Assembly: GCF_044704955.1 (NCBI RefSeq)
Contig: NC_091986.1
Span: 31,806,001-31,870,000, forward strand
Direction of reading: 5' to 3'
Source: Pristiophorus japonicus
Taxonomy: Eukaryota
DNA length: 64,000 bases
How positions within the stretch are numbered: position 1 is the first letter of the stretch; each line of letters starts with the position of its first letter. The notes beneath the pieces were generated by a model. The model was not told where the DNA came from. It saw only the letters and a list, made by a program, of their open reading frames with translations, and did not search any database. Of this stretch, positions 24,321 to 37,640 are shown in pieces. Position numbers and translations under genes: made by a program.

Positions 24321-26250
24321 TCAGCTGTGGCTCAGTGGGTAGTAACCTCGCCTCCTGAGTTAGAAGCTTGTGGGTTCAAGTTGCACTCCAGCAGCTTGAG
24401 CACAAAAGTCTAGGCTAACACTCCAGTGCAGTATTGCACTGTCAGAGGTGCCGTCTTTCAGACGAGATGTTAAAATGAGGCCCCATCTGCGCTCTCGGGT
24501 GGACATAAAAGATCTTATGGCACTATTTTGAAGAAGAGCAGGGGAGTTATCCATTGAGCGGTAGACAACATTTTTCCCTCCATCAACATCACTAAAACAG
24601 ATTATCTGGTCTTTCTATTGACTCAAGATCAGTTACTATGGACTGGAGAGTAATGTAACACCACTTTTTAAAAAAGGAGGGAGAGAGAAAACGGGGAATT
24701 ATAGACCGGTTAGCCTGACATCGGTGGTGGGGAAATGTTGGAATCAATTATTAAAGATGAAATAGCAGTGCATTTGGAAAGCAGTGACAGGATCGGTCCA
24801 ATTCAGCATGGATTTATGAAAGAGAAATCATGCTTGACAAATCTTCTAGAATTTTTTGAGAATGTAACTAGTAGAGTGGACAAGGGGGAACCAGTGGATG
24901 TGGTGTATTTGGACTTGCAAAAGGCTTTTGACAAGGTCCCACAAGAGATTAGTGTGCAAAATTAAAGCACATGGTATTGGGGGGTGATGTATTGACGTGG
25001 ATAGAGAACTGGTTGGCAGACGGGAAGCAGAGAGTCGGGATAAATGTGTCTGTTTCAGAATGGCAGGCAGTGACTAGTGGGGTGCCGCAGGGTTCAGTGC
25101 TGGGACCCCAGCTATTTACAATATACATCAGTGATTTAGATGAAGGAATTGAATGTAATATCTCCAAGTTTGCAGATGACACTAAGTTGGGTGGCGGTGT
25201 GAGCTGTGAGGAGGATGCTGACTGCAGAGTGACTTGGACAGGTGAGGTGAGTGGGCAAATGCATGGCAGATGCAGTATAATGTGGATAAATGTGAGGTTA
25301 TCCACTTTGGTGGCAAGAATAGGAAGACAGAATATTATCTGAATGGTGACAGATTAGGAAAAGGGGAGGTGCAACGAGATGGTCATGGTACATCAGTCAT
25401 TGAAAGTTGGCATGCAGATACAGCAGGCAGTGAAGAAGGTAAATGGCATGTTGGCCTCCATAGCTAGAGGATTTGAGTATAGGAGCAGGGAGGTCTTACT
25501 GCAGTTGTACAGAGCCTTGGTGAGGCCACACCTGGAATATGGTGTTCAATTTTGGTCTCCTAATCTGCGGAAGGACATTCTTGCTATTGAGGAAGTACAG
25601 CGAAGGTTCACCAGTTTGATTCCCAGGATGGCAGGACTGACATATGAGGAGAGACTGGATCAACTGGGCTTGTATCCACTGGAGTTTAGAAGAATGAGAG
25701 GGGATCTCATAGAAACATATAAAATTCTGACGGGATTGGACAGATTTGAGGCAGGAAGAATGTTCCCGTTGCTGGGGAGTTCCAGAACCAGGGGTCACAG
25801 TCTAAAAATAAGGGGTAAGCCACTTAGGACCGAGATGAGGAGAAACTTCTTCACTTAGAGAGTGGTTAACCTGTGGAATTCTCTACCGCAGAAAGTTGTT
25901 GAGGCCAGTTCGTTAGATATATTCAAAAGGGAGTTAGATGTGGTCCTTATGGCCAAAGGGATCAAGGGGTATGGAGAGAAAGCAGGAAAGGGGTACTGAG
26001 GTTGAATGATCAGCCATGATCTTGAATGGCGGTGCAGGCTCGAAGGGCCGAATGGCCTGCTCCTGCACCTAATTTCTATGTTTCTATCACATTGCTATTT
26101 GTGGGAGCTTGCTTTGCGCAAATTGGCTGACGCGTTTCCTACATTGTAACAGTGACTGCACTTCAGAAAGTACTTAATTGGCTGTAAAGCGCTTTGGGAT
26201 GTCTGGCGATCGTCAAAAAGTGCTATATAAATGCAAGTCTTTCTTTTCTT
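24321..26250 (+). mobile_element. tRNA-derived Deu-domain SINE (24321-24618 plus 26087-26250) split by a CR1
   Basis: Pol III A box TGGCTCAGTGG and B box GGTTCAAGT. Deu-like core CAGATTATCTGGTC...TCACATTGCT.TTTGTGGGAGCTTGCT..GCGCAAATTGGCTG. Tail GCTATATAAATGCAAGTCTTTCTTT. Confidence 0.75.
24620..26086 (+). mobile_element. 5'-truncated CR1 LINE with RT domain
   Basis: QHGFMKEKSCLTNLLEFFE, VYLDLQKAFDKVP, SGVPQGSVLGP, KFADDTKL; 3' tail; TTTCTAT on both sides. Confidence 0.95.
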
Positions 26251-27414
26251 AGTAAAACAAAGCAATCAAACATAGTTAAAATAACCATATTATATGTGAT
26301 TGCCACAACCTTCTGACTCAAGCAAGAGTATTACCACTAAGCCACGGCTGATACTAATGAAAGTCAATCGTTACTTTGTGATATTTTTGGTGCCTTTCGT
26401 ATCAGTATACACCTGAAAATAATGCATTGGAAAATACAGCAGTTGATCCAATTAAGATGGGAATGGTTTTTTCTTATTTATTTTATGGACTTTTTTTAAT
26501 TAAGTTAAGCTAAACTGGATTCTTACAGTTGATGTTCATGGAGATGCTCAGGAATCACAGTTGGAGGCCATAATTGTGTAAACAAAAATAATCCAGTGAA
26601 CTGGTGATGACAGTGAGCAGGATTCAAGGGTTTTACACATTTTTTAAAGTTGCATTTGTGTTTGTTTGCTTTAGTCACATAGAATTGAGATTAATGTACC
26701 AGAATCGTTCCTGATATGGGAGTAGCTTTATTACTATTGTATTAGTGTTCGTTTCAGTGCCATAACATGGGAGGTTAAATACTTAGTGAATCAGCCAGCT
26801 CAGGGACAGAGTCATTTCCCAGCAGTCTAAGGCACTCATTTGGAAAAGTACCATTTAGCGCTATGGTAGTAAGATAACGTTTCATTTCACTGGTTATGCT
26901 AAGGAATGTTTTACAATAAAATACTTGCAGAATGCAATAAGATTCCGTGAAACCTATTTGGGATATACTTTCGTTCCTAATTATTGAGCTCACTTCAGTA
27001 AGAGGGGTTGGGATAGGCTAGGTTACATACTCTCTGCAGCCTGCAGCAACAACAACTTGCATTTATGAAGCACCTAAAACACCCCAAGGTGCTACACGGG
27101 AGCAATTATCAAATAATATTTGACACCGAACCACACAAGGAGATATGAGGACAGGTGACCAAAAGCTTGGTCAAAGAGGTTTAAGGAGCACAATAGACTT
27201 GTTTGCAACATTGGATTACCAGGGGCAATGGGAGCATGGATACAAAATTCACAGAGTAATGGTGACCAGTTGTTTTTCATACTGGAGGGAAATATCCAGT
27301 GATGTCTTCCAGGGGTTGGTATTAAAACCACTACTCTTGATTTATATTAATGAAGAAGACTTGGGTATACAGGGCATCATTTCAAAGTTTGCAGATGACA
27401 CGAAACTCTGAAAT

Positions 27415-28062
27415 GGGCTAGGATTTGGACTGGTTCACCGCCCGGTTTCTTGGCGGTATTGGCCATTTTGGGCGAGAACCGGGTTGGCGAAAAATTCCCC
27501 AGCTGAGGCACGCCGGCGATTTCGAAGTACTGCTGGGGAGCGGACCGCCGGTGTGCAACGCTGACAGATCGCCCTGACTGGCGCAAACTTTGGCTAAGCG
27601 GGGACCCGTAGGCAAGTATAAAAGAACATTTTTTTTTTTAAATGCCCATGAGGATCAGTGTTGCTGGGTAGGTCTGCCAGAAAAAGGTAAGTGATTGTTT
27701 TTTATACTATTTATTTTCAATCTGTTTGGGCGATTTAATTTAAAAGTGGGCTGGGAATGTGTTTTGGATTTTTAGTTAGGTTTTTTGAAAAATTATTTTT
27801 TGATGTTAGGCCCAAGCCGTAACCTCGGTGTAAATTTTTATAGATTTTTAAAATTATTTTTCGGCCATTTTCTTTAGGCACTGCCCAATCTAGCCAAAAT
27901 TGCACTTTTCCACCCAGATTGGGGGTGCAAGGCCCATATTTTTCGCTGAGCGGATTTTTAAAAAGTTTTTTCGGTACGTTTTCGCCGGTGATAATCTTCC
28001 TAGCCATAGCTGTTTTTTGGGTGGCAGTCAGGCGCTGGCGGGCTTTGGGGAAATTCTAGCCC
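27415..28062. mobile_element. Harbinger-type MITE
   Basis: TIR GGGCTAGGATTT / AAATTCTAGCCC; flanks AAT/TAT. Confidence 0.8.
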
Positions 28063-28699
28063 TATAGTAAATAATGAGGAGGAGAGACGGGTGAAATGGG
28101 CAGACACAGGGCAGGTAAAATAAACGCCAAGAACTGTGAAGTGATACATTTTGGAAGGAAGTGTGAGGAGATGCAATATGAACTAATGGAACAACTTTGA
28201 AGGGAATGTAGGGATAGAGAGACCTGGCGATTTGCCTAAAGAAATCTTTGATGGGGACGGGACAAGTTGAGAAAACTGTTAAAGAAGCATATAGAATCCT
28301 TGGCTTTATAAATAGAGGCATAAGGGTTCAAAAGCATGGAAGTAATGCTAAACCGTTACACAGACTGATTAGGCCTCAGTTGGTGTATTGTGTCTACATC
28401 TGGGCACCATACTTTAAGAAAGATGATGTTAAGCCCTCGGAGAGGGTGCAGTGGAGATTTACTGGAATGGTACCAGGAATTACTTCAGTTATGTGGAGAG
28501 ACTCGAGAAACTGGGATTGTTTTCCTTGGTTCAGAGAAAGTTAAGGGGAGATTTAATAGAGGCATTCAAAATCAAGAAGAGTAAATAAGGAGAAACTGTT
28601 CCAACTGGCAGGAGGGTCGGTAATGAGGGCACAAATTTAAGGTAGTTGGCCAAAGGAGCCAGAGGCGAGATGAGGAGGATTCGTTTACACAGAGTTATT

Positions 28700-29203
28700 G
28701 GGCCCAAGTTTCCACATGATTCGCGCCTGATTTTTAGGAGCAACTGGTGGAGAACGGACTATTTTAGAAATCGCAATTCTCCACATTTTTTTTTTCTGCA
28801 GTTCTCGTCAGGTAGAACAGTTCTAGTTTAGAACAGAATTTTTTCTTCAAAAGGGGGCGTGTCCGGCCACTGATGTCTGATTTGAAAGTTTCCACAGTGA
28901 AAATGTACTCCAAACTAAAGTAGAATGGCGCCAGTGAAGATTTTTGTAGAACTGAAAAAACCTGTTCTACACATTAAAAAATCAGGCGCAGGTTACAAAT
29001 TAGGCGTCCAGAACGAGGTGGGGGGGAAGGGAACTCATTAAATTTGACAATAAATCCTTATTTATACTTCTACAAATATTATACAAATAAATCCAACCTG
29101 AATAAACATTTATAAGCCAAGAAAAGATTAAATAAACCATCTTCCTACCTGTGTGAAAGTGCTTCAGCCAGAATTCTGCAGCTGTTCGTGCCGCTGAGCG
29201 AGG

Positions 29204-29234
<31 letters not shown>

Positions 29235-29861
29235 GAGGGGGGGTCGGGGGAGCGGGTGTCGGGTTGGGGGGGGGGGGAGCGGGCCTCGGGTCGGGGAGCG
29301 GGCCTCGGGTCGGGGCGGGGGGGGGAGGGAGAGCGGGTCTCGGGTCTCTGTCGGGGTGGGGGGGAGCGGGTCTCGGGTGTCGGGGGGGGGGGGCGGGGGG
29401 AGAGCGGGTGTCGGGTCGGGGCGGGGGGGGAGCGGGTCTCGGGTGTCGGGGCGGGGGGGAGCGGGTGTCGGGTCTGGTCGGCGGGGGGGGGGGGGAAGCG
29501 AGTGTCGGGTCTGGTCGGGCGGGGAGCAGGAGCTGGCCGTGGGAGGAGCCTCATTCACGCAGCCCCATTGGGCCAGGGCTAGGGGCTGCGTGCTTCGGGC
29601 CCCTCCCACACAGTTCGGCGCCTGGAGCTACTGCACTTGCATGCCGACTGTAGTGCGCATGTGCAGAGGTCCTGGCACTGTTTTCAGCGCAGGGACCTGG
29701 CTCCGCCCCCCCCCACAACTCGTGCCGGCTGCGCCGAGTGCCACAGGACCTGTAAGTCGGTGGAGACTACTGAGGATTTTTTTAGGCGCCGTTTTAGGCG
29801 CGAAAAACGGGCGCCCAGCTCGGAGGGGCGCACGTTTTTTTTCTTGTGGAAACTTGGGCCC
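28700..29861. mobile_element. Young Harbinger-type MITE with a G-rich minisatellite core
   Basis: Perfect 17-bp TIR GGGCCCAAGTTTCCACA; TSD ATT/ATT; nearly identical to 45805-47044. Confidence 0.93.
29205..29530. repeat. (GA)n plus G-rich minisatellite (GAGCGGGTSTCGGGTCGGGG-like units)
   Basis: Directly visible. Confidence 0.9.
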
Positions 29862-31489
29862 ATTACGATCTGGAATGCACTGCCCGAAAGGTTGGTGGAA
29901 GTAGATCCAATTGTAACTTTCAAAATGGAATTGGATCAATTGCTGATTGGGAAAATTTCCATGGCTAATGGGAAAGAGCAGCAAAGCCGAAAAAGACACG
30001 ATGGGCCAAATAGCCTCCTTCTGTGCTGGGTCATGCTGTGATTCTATATTGCACAGTATGATTACATTTGGCTACATACTAAGGATAAGATTGTTATCTT
30101 ATAAGAAAATATTCCAACACGTTTTGTATAAAAGGCTCGATTGCTGAGGTAAAAATAAGCATTACATTGGAAAGCAAGAAATAAGGTTGAAGAAGACTAA
30201 AGATTCTTGTAGTTCTGGTAAATATTTGTAGGTTTTCTTATCCTTTCCTAAGATGGCAACATGAAGTATCAGTACATCCAAGAATTGTAAATAATCTAGT
30301 TTATTCAAGAATCATTTATTTATAAATTATTTTAGCCATGCTTACAAACATTTTGTATCACAAAATGTATGACAATATTCATATTCATTTTGAGTTTCAT
30401 GGCCCTAATCAAGAGAGCTGTACTCTCAAAACAAATAATACCAATGCTTCCTATTCATACAGGGACATTTACTAAATCCCACTCTTAATTTTCACTACTT
30501 TTTTTCAGCATCCTATTTTATGTTTTCTCTATGATCTGAGATTGATGGCACAATTCATCATCACAACCCGAGTTTCCAAGGCAGCACAGATACTAGTTTG
30601 ACTAATTGATGTCTCAGGTGGCCAAGAGAATTAACATAATTCTTTGGCTATGAAGAATAACATTGCAAGAATAAATCGGTTGTGGTGGCAAAGGGAATTT
30701 AAGAGATAGAAACATTAAGAAAACCCTAACACAGGTATATATATTAAAAATCCAGTTGGTTTGAGGGCTCCATTATTCTGTAGTACGCTGAAAGTATTTC
30801 TTGAAGACCTATAGTGCCTTTTTGACAACCTACCAATCAAGGTTATATTCTATCCAATAAAACCTATGGCTGTGCACTCAGACACTTGAGTGTAAAAGCA
30901 CTTTATACAGTGGTCATTTACTATCAATCCTCTAATACCCTATTTTCGGTATCAACCTACTGCCAGCAGTAAGTTAACTCACCTCGTTGGCAGTTAGTTG
31001 AAATTATTTATATTTATTATTTCAATAAGCAGAAATATGCTGGTGTACATGAGATGAGTTCTTGCTCAGTAGGAAGAGAATAATAGCAAACTGAAGAAGA
31101 CACAGGAAAAGAAAGAAAGAACTTGCATTAATATTGCGTTTTTCACAATCTCAGGATGTCCCTAGGCACTTTACAGCCAGGAGAGCATGTTTCTGAGAGA
31201 TTAAACTTTTAATATTGTCGTATTGCATGAAATTGAAGAAAGCATTTTTTGGACAACTCCAATGCTTTGTACAGCTGAAACCCTTTGAAAGGCATGGAAC
31301 ACCAATGCATAAACACACATGTTTCAACAAATCCAGAATTGCAAATCTGAAACAGATTACAAGTGGCTGTTAATATTGCTCACAGAAACATGTTGCAACA
31401 TCAAAGATGCATTGTACCATCTCTTGACAAGGCATTTAACATCTCATGAGAAGCTGGTTATGTTTGGTAAGTAATATGAACTTTTTTTT

Positions 31490-31890
31490 TTCTTCATTCA
31501 TGGGCTGTGGGCACCACTGGCAAAGTTGGCATTTATTGCCCATAATTGCCCTTGAGAAGATGGTAATGAGACACCTTTTCCAACTGAGTGGCTTGCTGGT
31601 CCATTTCAAAGACTAGTTAAGCAACCACCACACTGCTGTGCGTCTGGAGTCACAAACTGGATAAGGACGGCAGATTTCCTTCCCTAAAGGACATGAGTGA
31701 ACCAGATGGGTTTGTACAACAATCCGATAATTTCATGTTCATTGCTGATACTAGCTTTTTATTCCAGATTTATTTAATTAATTGAATTTAAATTCCCCAG
31801 CTGCCATGGAGGGATTTGAACTCATGTCTCCGGATCATTAGTCCAGGCCTCTGGATAACTAGTCCAGTAATATAACCACTATGGTACCGT
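31490..31890 (-). mobile_element. tRNA-derived SINE sharing its 3' tail with LINE family B
   Basis: Minus-strand head CATAGTGGTTA...GAGTTCAAATCCC (A/B-box-like); tail TTCTCAAGGGCAATT...GGGCAATAAATGC matches about 21765-21810. Confidence 0.65.
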
Positions 31891-32042
31891 ACCATGATAT
31901 CTTTTGTTTCTTCGCAATATTATTGTACAATAAAATCATCTGCAACTATGAGCCAGAAATTTTGAGCAACTTGGCGCAGTACATTAAGGTTCCGCAGTCT
32001 GATTGATTTGGAGTGTTTCTGCTGTTTTCAGGAAGAGTTTAA

Positions 32043-32845
32043 GGGACCGAAATTACCCTCCGGCCGAAATGGGGTGCACCTACCGTTTTTTAGGTGCTCC
32101 GTCTGCCCCAATGCATGGGGCAAACATTCCAGAAGACTTTCAGCTCTTTGGCTTATGTTTCCTGTCGGAGCGGTGTTGGTCTGGGGAGAGGGGCGGAAAT
32201 GTGGTCAGGCCGAAGTAGCCGCCACTCGTGGGGTGGAAGTGGGGGCGGGTTGGAGTGGCCGATGCTCCAAGTCATCAGCACGCACTGATGACATCATCTC
32301 ACTGACGCGTCACAACATCCCTCTCCTTAAAGAGGAGGGCTGCTGCGAACTCAGCAGCCACTTTAGTGGCAAACACTGAGCCACCAGGGAAGGTTTCGGC
32401 TGGGCCAGCAGCCTGGAACCCACGAGGTTATGCCAGGCTGCCTGTTGGCAGCCCAGCCGAACCCTCGGGCATAATTGTCGGCCCGACCTGGCAGTTGGCC
32501 GACAATAAAAAGTAAAATGGAGTCACCGGCAGTGCAACCTCCCCTTTCAGGGCTGCCGCGCCACCCAACCACAAAATGGGTACCGACAGAAAAAGCTGAC
32601 GGGGGCATCAAGCGGTGGCAGTGGGGCAATTCCACATGGGGCAGTTTCCAAAAAGGGGGTTGCCGCCAGTTGGTTAGCGGTCGGCGCATGCATGACGCGA
32701 CGGGAAAACAGGTGGGTGGGTCCCGTACACCGCTCCAAAACTAAAGGAGGGCAATATACAAAATGGCGGCCCCTCCGCAGCGACTTGGCGACCAGTTCGC
32801 ACTGACCCATGGCTGCCGCTTTAGAGAGAGGGGCAATTTCGCTGC
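32043..32845. mobile_element. Harbinger-type MITE
   Basis: Ends GGGACCGAAATTACCCTC / GAGGGGCAATTTCGCTGC; TSD TAA/TAA; GC-rich island in AT-rich flanks. Confidence 0.7.
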
Positions 32846-33904
32846 TAATTGTTAAAACATGCCTTGCCTATGCACATATCAATGTCCAGCGTTGAAAGCA
32901 TTCTCTCCACAGATGGGACTTTCAAAATCTATTTTTCGAAGTCAGTATAAGGACTATCTAAATATTGAAGGAGGAGGATGAAAACTAACAGGTCGAACAG
33001 TAGAATTTCAGCATAGTTCCCCAAGATACAAAATCCAGTTTGTGTACCAGTGATTTTTTGGTATTGGGAAGAACTCTTGGCTCTGCCAGAATTTTCCACA
33101 GAGCCATCTCTGGATAACACCATACGTGTCGGAAAAGACCAGGATAACAATTGGTGTACGGTGGTCTTTGACCATCTATAATCTAAATGCACAGCATGTT
33201 GGAAGAGACCATTTGCTCTGCAAGAGACTCTGCAGTCAGATCATGCTAAAATGCACAGTTGTACGTTGGTGGAATAAATTGGCTCTATTTAAATTGATCA
33301 TCACACTGGTTAAAAGAACAAGGTGTGTCTCCACTGCTCTAGAAAGCTCAAATTTTGAGCAACTTCAAGATCACAGAATGTCAGTCGGCAAATGTTGTGG
33401 AATAAAGCTATAACAATTACTTATATATTTAATGTATTTCTAACATTTTCCGCAAAATCCATACATCCATTCATTTAAATACAGATTAAACCACATTTGT
33501 ACATGTATAATAGATGGACTTAGAAATTCAATTCTCCATCAAAATCAGGTATCTGATTTTTTTAATTAAATGGCCTACTGTTAGCTTTTCTTTCTCTGCT
33601 GTCCTGTTTTTTAATCTCTATTCTAGTTCTGCCTTCTGCTTTAATATATGGATTTGAGAACCTGTAGTATCTTGCCTCTTAATTGTCCTTTGTATTTCCT
33701 TACAGACCTTGAATTTCCATCAGCGTCTTGCATCCATTAACCAGATCACATTAAACACCCTTTTATATGCTTTTACTTCCCGACCAAAAACCTTACTTCC
33801 GGTTGTCCTGATTTTTTTCACACCATGGTGTTAACATTTACCATTACAAACTCATTTACTTATCTTGCTTCCCCTTAAATGCATCTATATTATTTGCATC
33901 AATC

Positions 33905-34100
33905 ACATGGAGCAGTGGAGGTGAATAGCAAAGATGCATTTAAGGGGAAGCTAGGTCAGTACATGAGGGAGAAAGGAATAGAAGGATATACTGATGGGGT
34001 GAGATGTAGTAAGGTGGGAGGAGGCTCATGTGGAGCATAAACACTGCCATGGACTGGTTGAGCCGAATGACCTATTTCTCTGCTGTCAAATTCTATGTAA
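33905..34100 (+). mobile_element. CR1 3' fragment
   Basis: GATGCATTTAAGGGGAAGCTAG...GGAGCATAAACACTG; same subfamily as 55990-56375. Confidence 0.75.
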
Positions 34101-35889
34101 AATTTTAGATCAACGTTTACCATTCAATTTTGAGATGTCAATATTCATGGCCCTGGTTTGGTGAAGAACCAATCGAGGTAATCAAAATACTTGTTTTTTA
34201 AATGAAATCTACCATTGGAATCTTAAAACCTATAAATGAGACAAGTGAAAATTCATAAAAATGTATTAACAATAATTGTTAGGAACTCTTTTTTTTAAAC
34301 CATCTGTGAGATGAAGCATGTGTGACCAGCAGCAGGTGTTGTTGTGTTTTTCTTGTAGATAGTTGGAGGACAAAAACAGATAATTTATTTTCTATAAACA
34401 TTGTCAAGTCAATTTTGGTTGTAAACAGTAAGTTTAAAAAAAAATCTTCTGTTGCATTTTTGAGGCTGAAACTGCATAAATGAACTTTTGAGCATTTTAT
34501 GATGTATTTTTTGGAAATATCTTTTTTAAAGATAGTATAAGGACAATTTTAAGGGAATGTGCATGGCTTATAGTGGTGGTAGGTCACTTAATTCCCTGTT
34601 TGCACTGCCATTTGGAGTAGGATCTCGTGATGAGCAACTGGAGCACCCGCCTAACGCCTAATGCATATTGGCATCCTATGACTCATATAGGACTCTGATT
34701 ACAATTTTGAAGTACAAATGGGCAGAGCATGCGCTGACCAAACACTGCCCATTAGCCCAGGCCATTAGTGCCTAACCCGTAGACCTTAAAGGGACTGCTG
34801 GAAGTGGCTTATCAAGCAGCCAAAGTTTCTTTAAAGCTTTCACTTTTGTGGGGCCGGGGGGAGCAATGGGTTCTCCTCTTGGGCTCACACACAAAACTCC
34901 ACCTCACGGCAGATCTGTGCAAGACCCCCTCAGAATCGGTTAGCTCCCTCCGGCTCCAACTGACACCTGGCTCAGGGCAGGAGCTTGCCACCACCTGTGA
35001 GCTGCAGCCGGACACTCGTTTGATGGCCATAAGCTCAGCAGCTGCAAGGAAATGAGACCCGCGGCCTCAAAATGGCTCCGGCCTGAACAACGGGCTCATT
35101 CTGCTTACCGACCAAGCATTGTGCACCTGAACTTGCCCTTAAACATCAGTAACTGTGTTATTAGTGCACAGTAGGAGCACATATTAAGGACATTTTGCTT
35201 TCCAGCCTGTGATTTTCTATCCATTAATTTTAAGAAACAGAAAAAGTACACTTAAATGCTTTAAGCTAAGAACCAGTAGAGGTTGAGCAAAGTAGTGGTT
35301 GGGTTAGGTGATGGTGCGGATGGGGTTATGGGTGAATTGGAGGATGATGTTTTTTAGGTGGGAACATGTTGGATGGTTGAGCCTTATACTTTGAAAGTGG
35401 CCAATGGCTATTTTGGTCCCATTCGCCTAAATTCCCCCCTACTTTAGGCTGTTGGCTTATCCCTTCAATAATACCACATTCCAACAGGCGCAAAAGCCTC
35501 AAAATATTGGTGCATACTACTTTTTTTTTCTTTTAAAGATTGGACCACCAGGGCTAATAATTCGTTATAGCTAAGGAATGGGTGTGTTTAGACTACAAAT
35601 GGTTAAGTAGCGGCAGTTGAAAATCGTCTAGACTGCATGCAAAATTCGTCCTCGCTCCTCATTAAAATGATTACAGTCATGATTCTTACCCAAAGACCCA
35701 AGCCCATTGGCATACACGGAAAAGATGGACGAATATTGGGGGCAGTCTAAACACAAGTAATGATTGCCACAGGATTTTTCACCACTTAAGGGAAGGTCCA
35801 TTAATGCTGCAGCACCTCATTCTCAGCATTGTTGGGTGTGCAGCTGCCTCAATAACCATAGGAAGAAGGATAAAGAGAAGGAGCACTTG

Positions 35890-36129
35890 TTTACAAATGC
35901 TGACATCAGATCGTCACCCCAGGGAGAGAGCCCGGAGGTTATCTGAGGAATCTTTGGAGGCATTGGTTTTAGCGCTGGAAAAAAGGTGGGCGGCCCAGTA
36001 TGAACTGGAAGGAGGCCCTTGCCACAAGTTTGCCGGACTATGTGGAGGGAAGTGGCACATCACGTCACGGGCAGCAATACCCACACCCAGTTCAGGAAGA
36101 ATTTTAACAAGCTCACATGGGTGGGCAGG
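35890..36129 (+). pseudogene. Myb/SANT-like exon 1 of Harbinger 2
   Basis: RERARRLSEESLEALV...WREVA...QFRKNFNKLT followed by donor AGG|GTGAGT at 36130. Confidence 0.7.
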
Positions 36130-36495
36130 GTGAGTGAAGGCTTCATCAAATGTTACATGTCACCATCTGTACTACAAGTTTCACACACTGCTCACCATTT
36201 GCACCACGAGCTTCACACATTGCTCAATGTACCACACCCACCAACAATTTCTACCTAGCAACACACACCCATATCGCACATCCTGCACACAATGACAGCT
36301 ATTCAACTATGGCAGGCATAAGGGTCATTCGTTATTAGAATTCATGTGATATGTTTATAGGTAAATTTATTAATGGTGTTTGGAATATTTTGTGGTCTCT
36401 CACATGTCACCTTTTGCGCCCAGGAGGACGCTGTGATATGGCGTGAGACAGGGATGGTATGATGGGGATGTGACAAGCACTGGGGATCTAGAGTT

Positions 36496-37640
36496 TCATT
36501 CATTTGATTCTCTGTCTGATGAGCCGGTCACAGATCGCCCATCCGAAAAGCCAATTGTCTTGCAGCGTCCTCCCTCCCTCCTGTTCCTCTTCCTTGTCCT
36601 CCTTCTCCTCATCCTCTTCCTCATCCTGCTCCTCATCCTCATCTGCCCCATCCTCCTCCTGAGGTGGTCCCGCAATCCCTGCTGGCAAGGACTCCACCTC
36701 ATGATAGCCAAGTTGTACAGCATGCAGCAGACCACCACAAAATTGGACACCTGCTCTGGCGAGTACTGGAGGGCTGCTCCCGAGTGGTCAAAGCAGCAGA
36801 ACCGTTGCTTCAATAAGCTGGTGGTCTGCTCGATGATGTTTCTGATGGCAGCATGGCTGTCATTATATGAGTACTGGGCAAGACAATTGGGGTTGTGGAG
36901 GGGAGTCATGAGCCAGGTGGAGAGTGGATTGCCCTTGTCTCCGAGCAGCCACTCTCGAGCTCAATGCGGTGTTTGGAAGAGAGCTGGCACACTGGTCTGG
37001 CACAAAATGAAGGCATCGTGGCTGCTGCCAGGATAATGGGCATTGACATTGAGGATTCACCCTCTGTGGTCACACACCAACTGCACATTAACTGAGTTTG
37101 CAGTTATGGAAGATCTCAGGATTGTTATGCGGCGCCCGCGAAGTAACATGTGCAGGCGATGATGCCCTGTGTCATGGCGAATCTCGCTATCCTGGCAAAG
37201 CCGATTGTTCGCTCGTCCTGCTTCTCTCTGGAGATCAGGAAGCCAATGTAGTACGTTTTCTTGCTGTAGAGAGCCTCTGTGACCTTGCGGATACAGTGAT
37301 GGATGGCAAATTATTGAGCTATTAGATATATCCCTTGCTGCAGACTGGAAGGATCCACTGGCAAAGAAATTGAGCGCCACGGTGACCTTTACTATCACTG
37401 GAAGAGCTGTGATCACCCTCATTTGAGGCTGGAGGTCTGGTTGCAGAGTTGGCAGATTTCTGTCACCACGTCCTTGGTGAAGCACAGCCTCCTAATAACT
37501 GCTACTTGCTTAATTGATGTGATGTTGGAAGACTCTAGGTGGGTAAGGCCTGATAGCACTGATGGCCCTCCTCCTCCCTCTGCGCACATGTTCCCGTCTT
37601 TCTCGCTGCCTTCATTATCTCCGCCGTAGATCCTGGAGGG
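36496..37640 (-). pseudogene. Harbinger DDE transposase, heavily disrupted
   Basis: RRLCFTKDVVTEIC, VKVTVALNFFASGSFQS, NVQLVCDH, MTPL...[33 protein letters not shown]. Confidence 0.88.

Larger units (their letters stand above)
27255..30045 (+). mobile_element. Old CR1 fragment interrupted by two MITEs
   Basis: ISKFADDTKL at about 27380-27408; resumes at 28063 and again at 29862, running to the 3' tail. Confidence 0.8.

Noticed and set aside
24321-24392. tRNA gene
   Set aside because: A/B boxes are present, but the sequence runs into a SINE body and tail and I cannot fold a clean cloverleaf.
29000-29904. Several long Pro/Gly/Arg-rich ORFs (also 42367-43798 and 46250-46793)
   Set aside because: They are open only because G/C-rich minisatellites lack stop codons; some run through Ns.
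34540-35200. GC-richer island that may be another old MITE
   Set aside because: No convincing TIR or TSD pair could be read.
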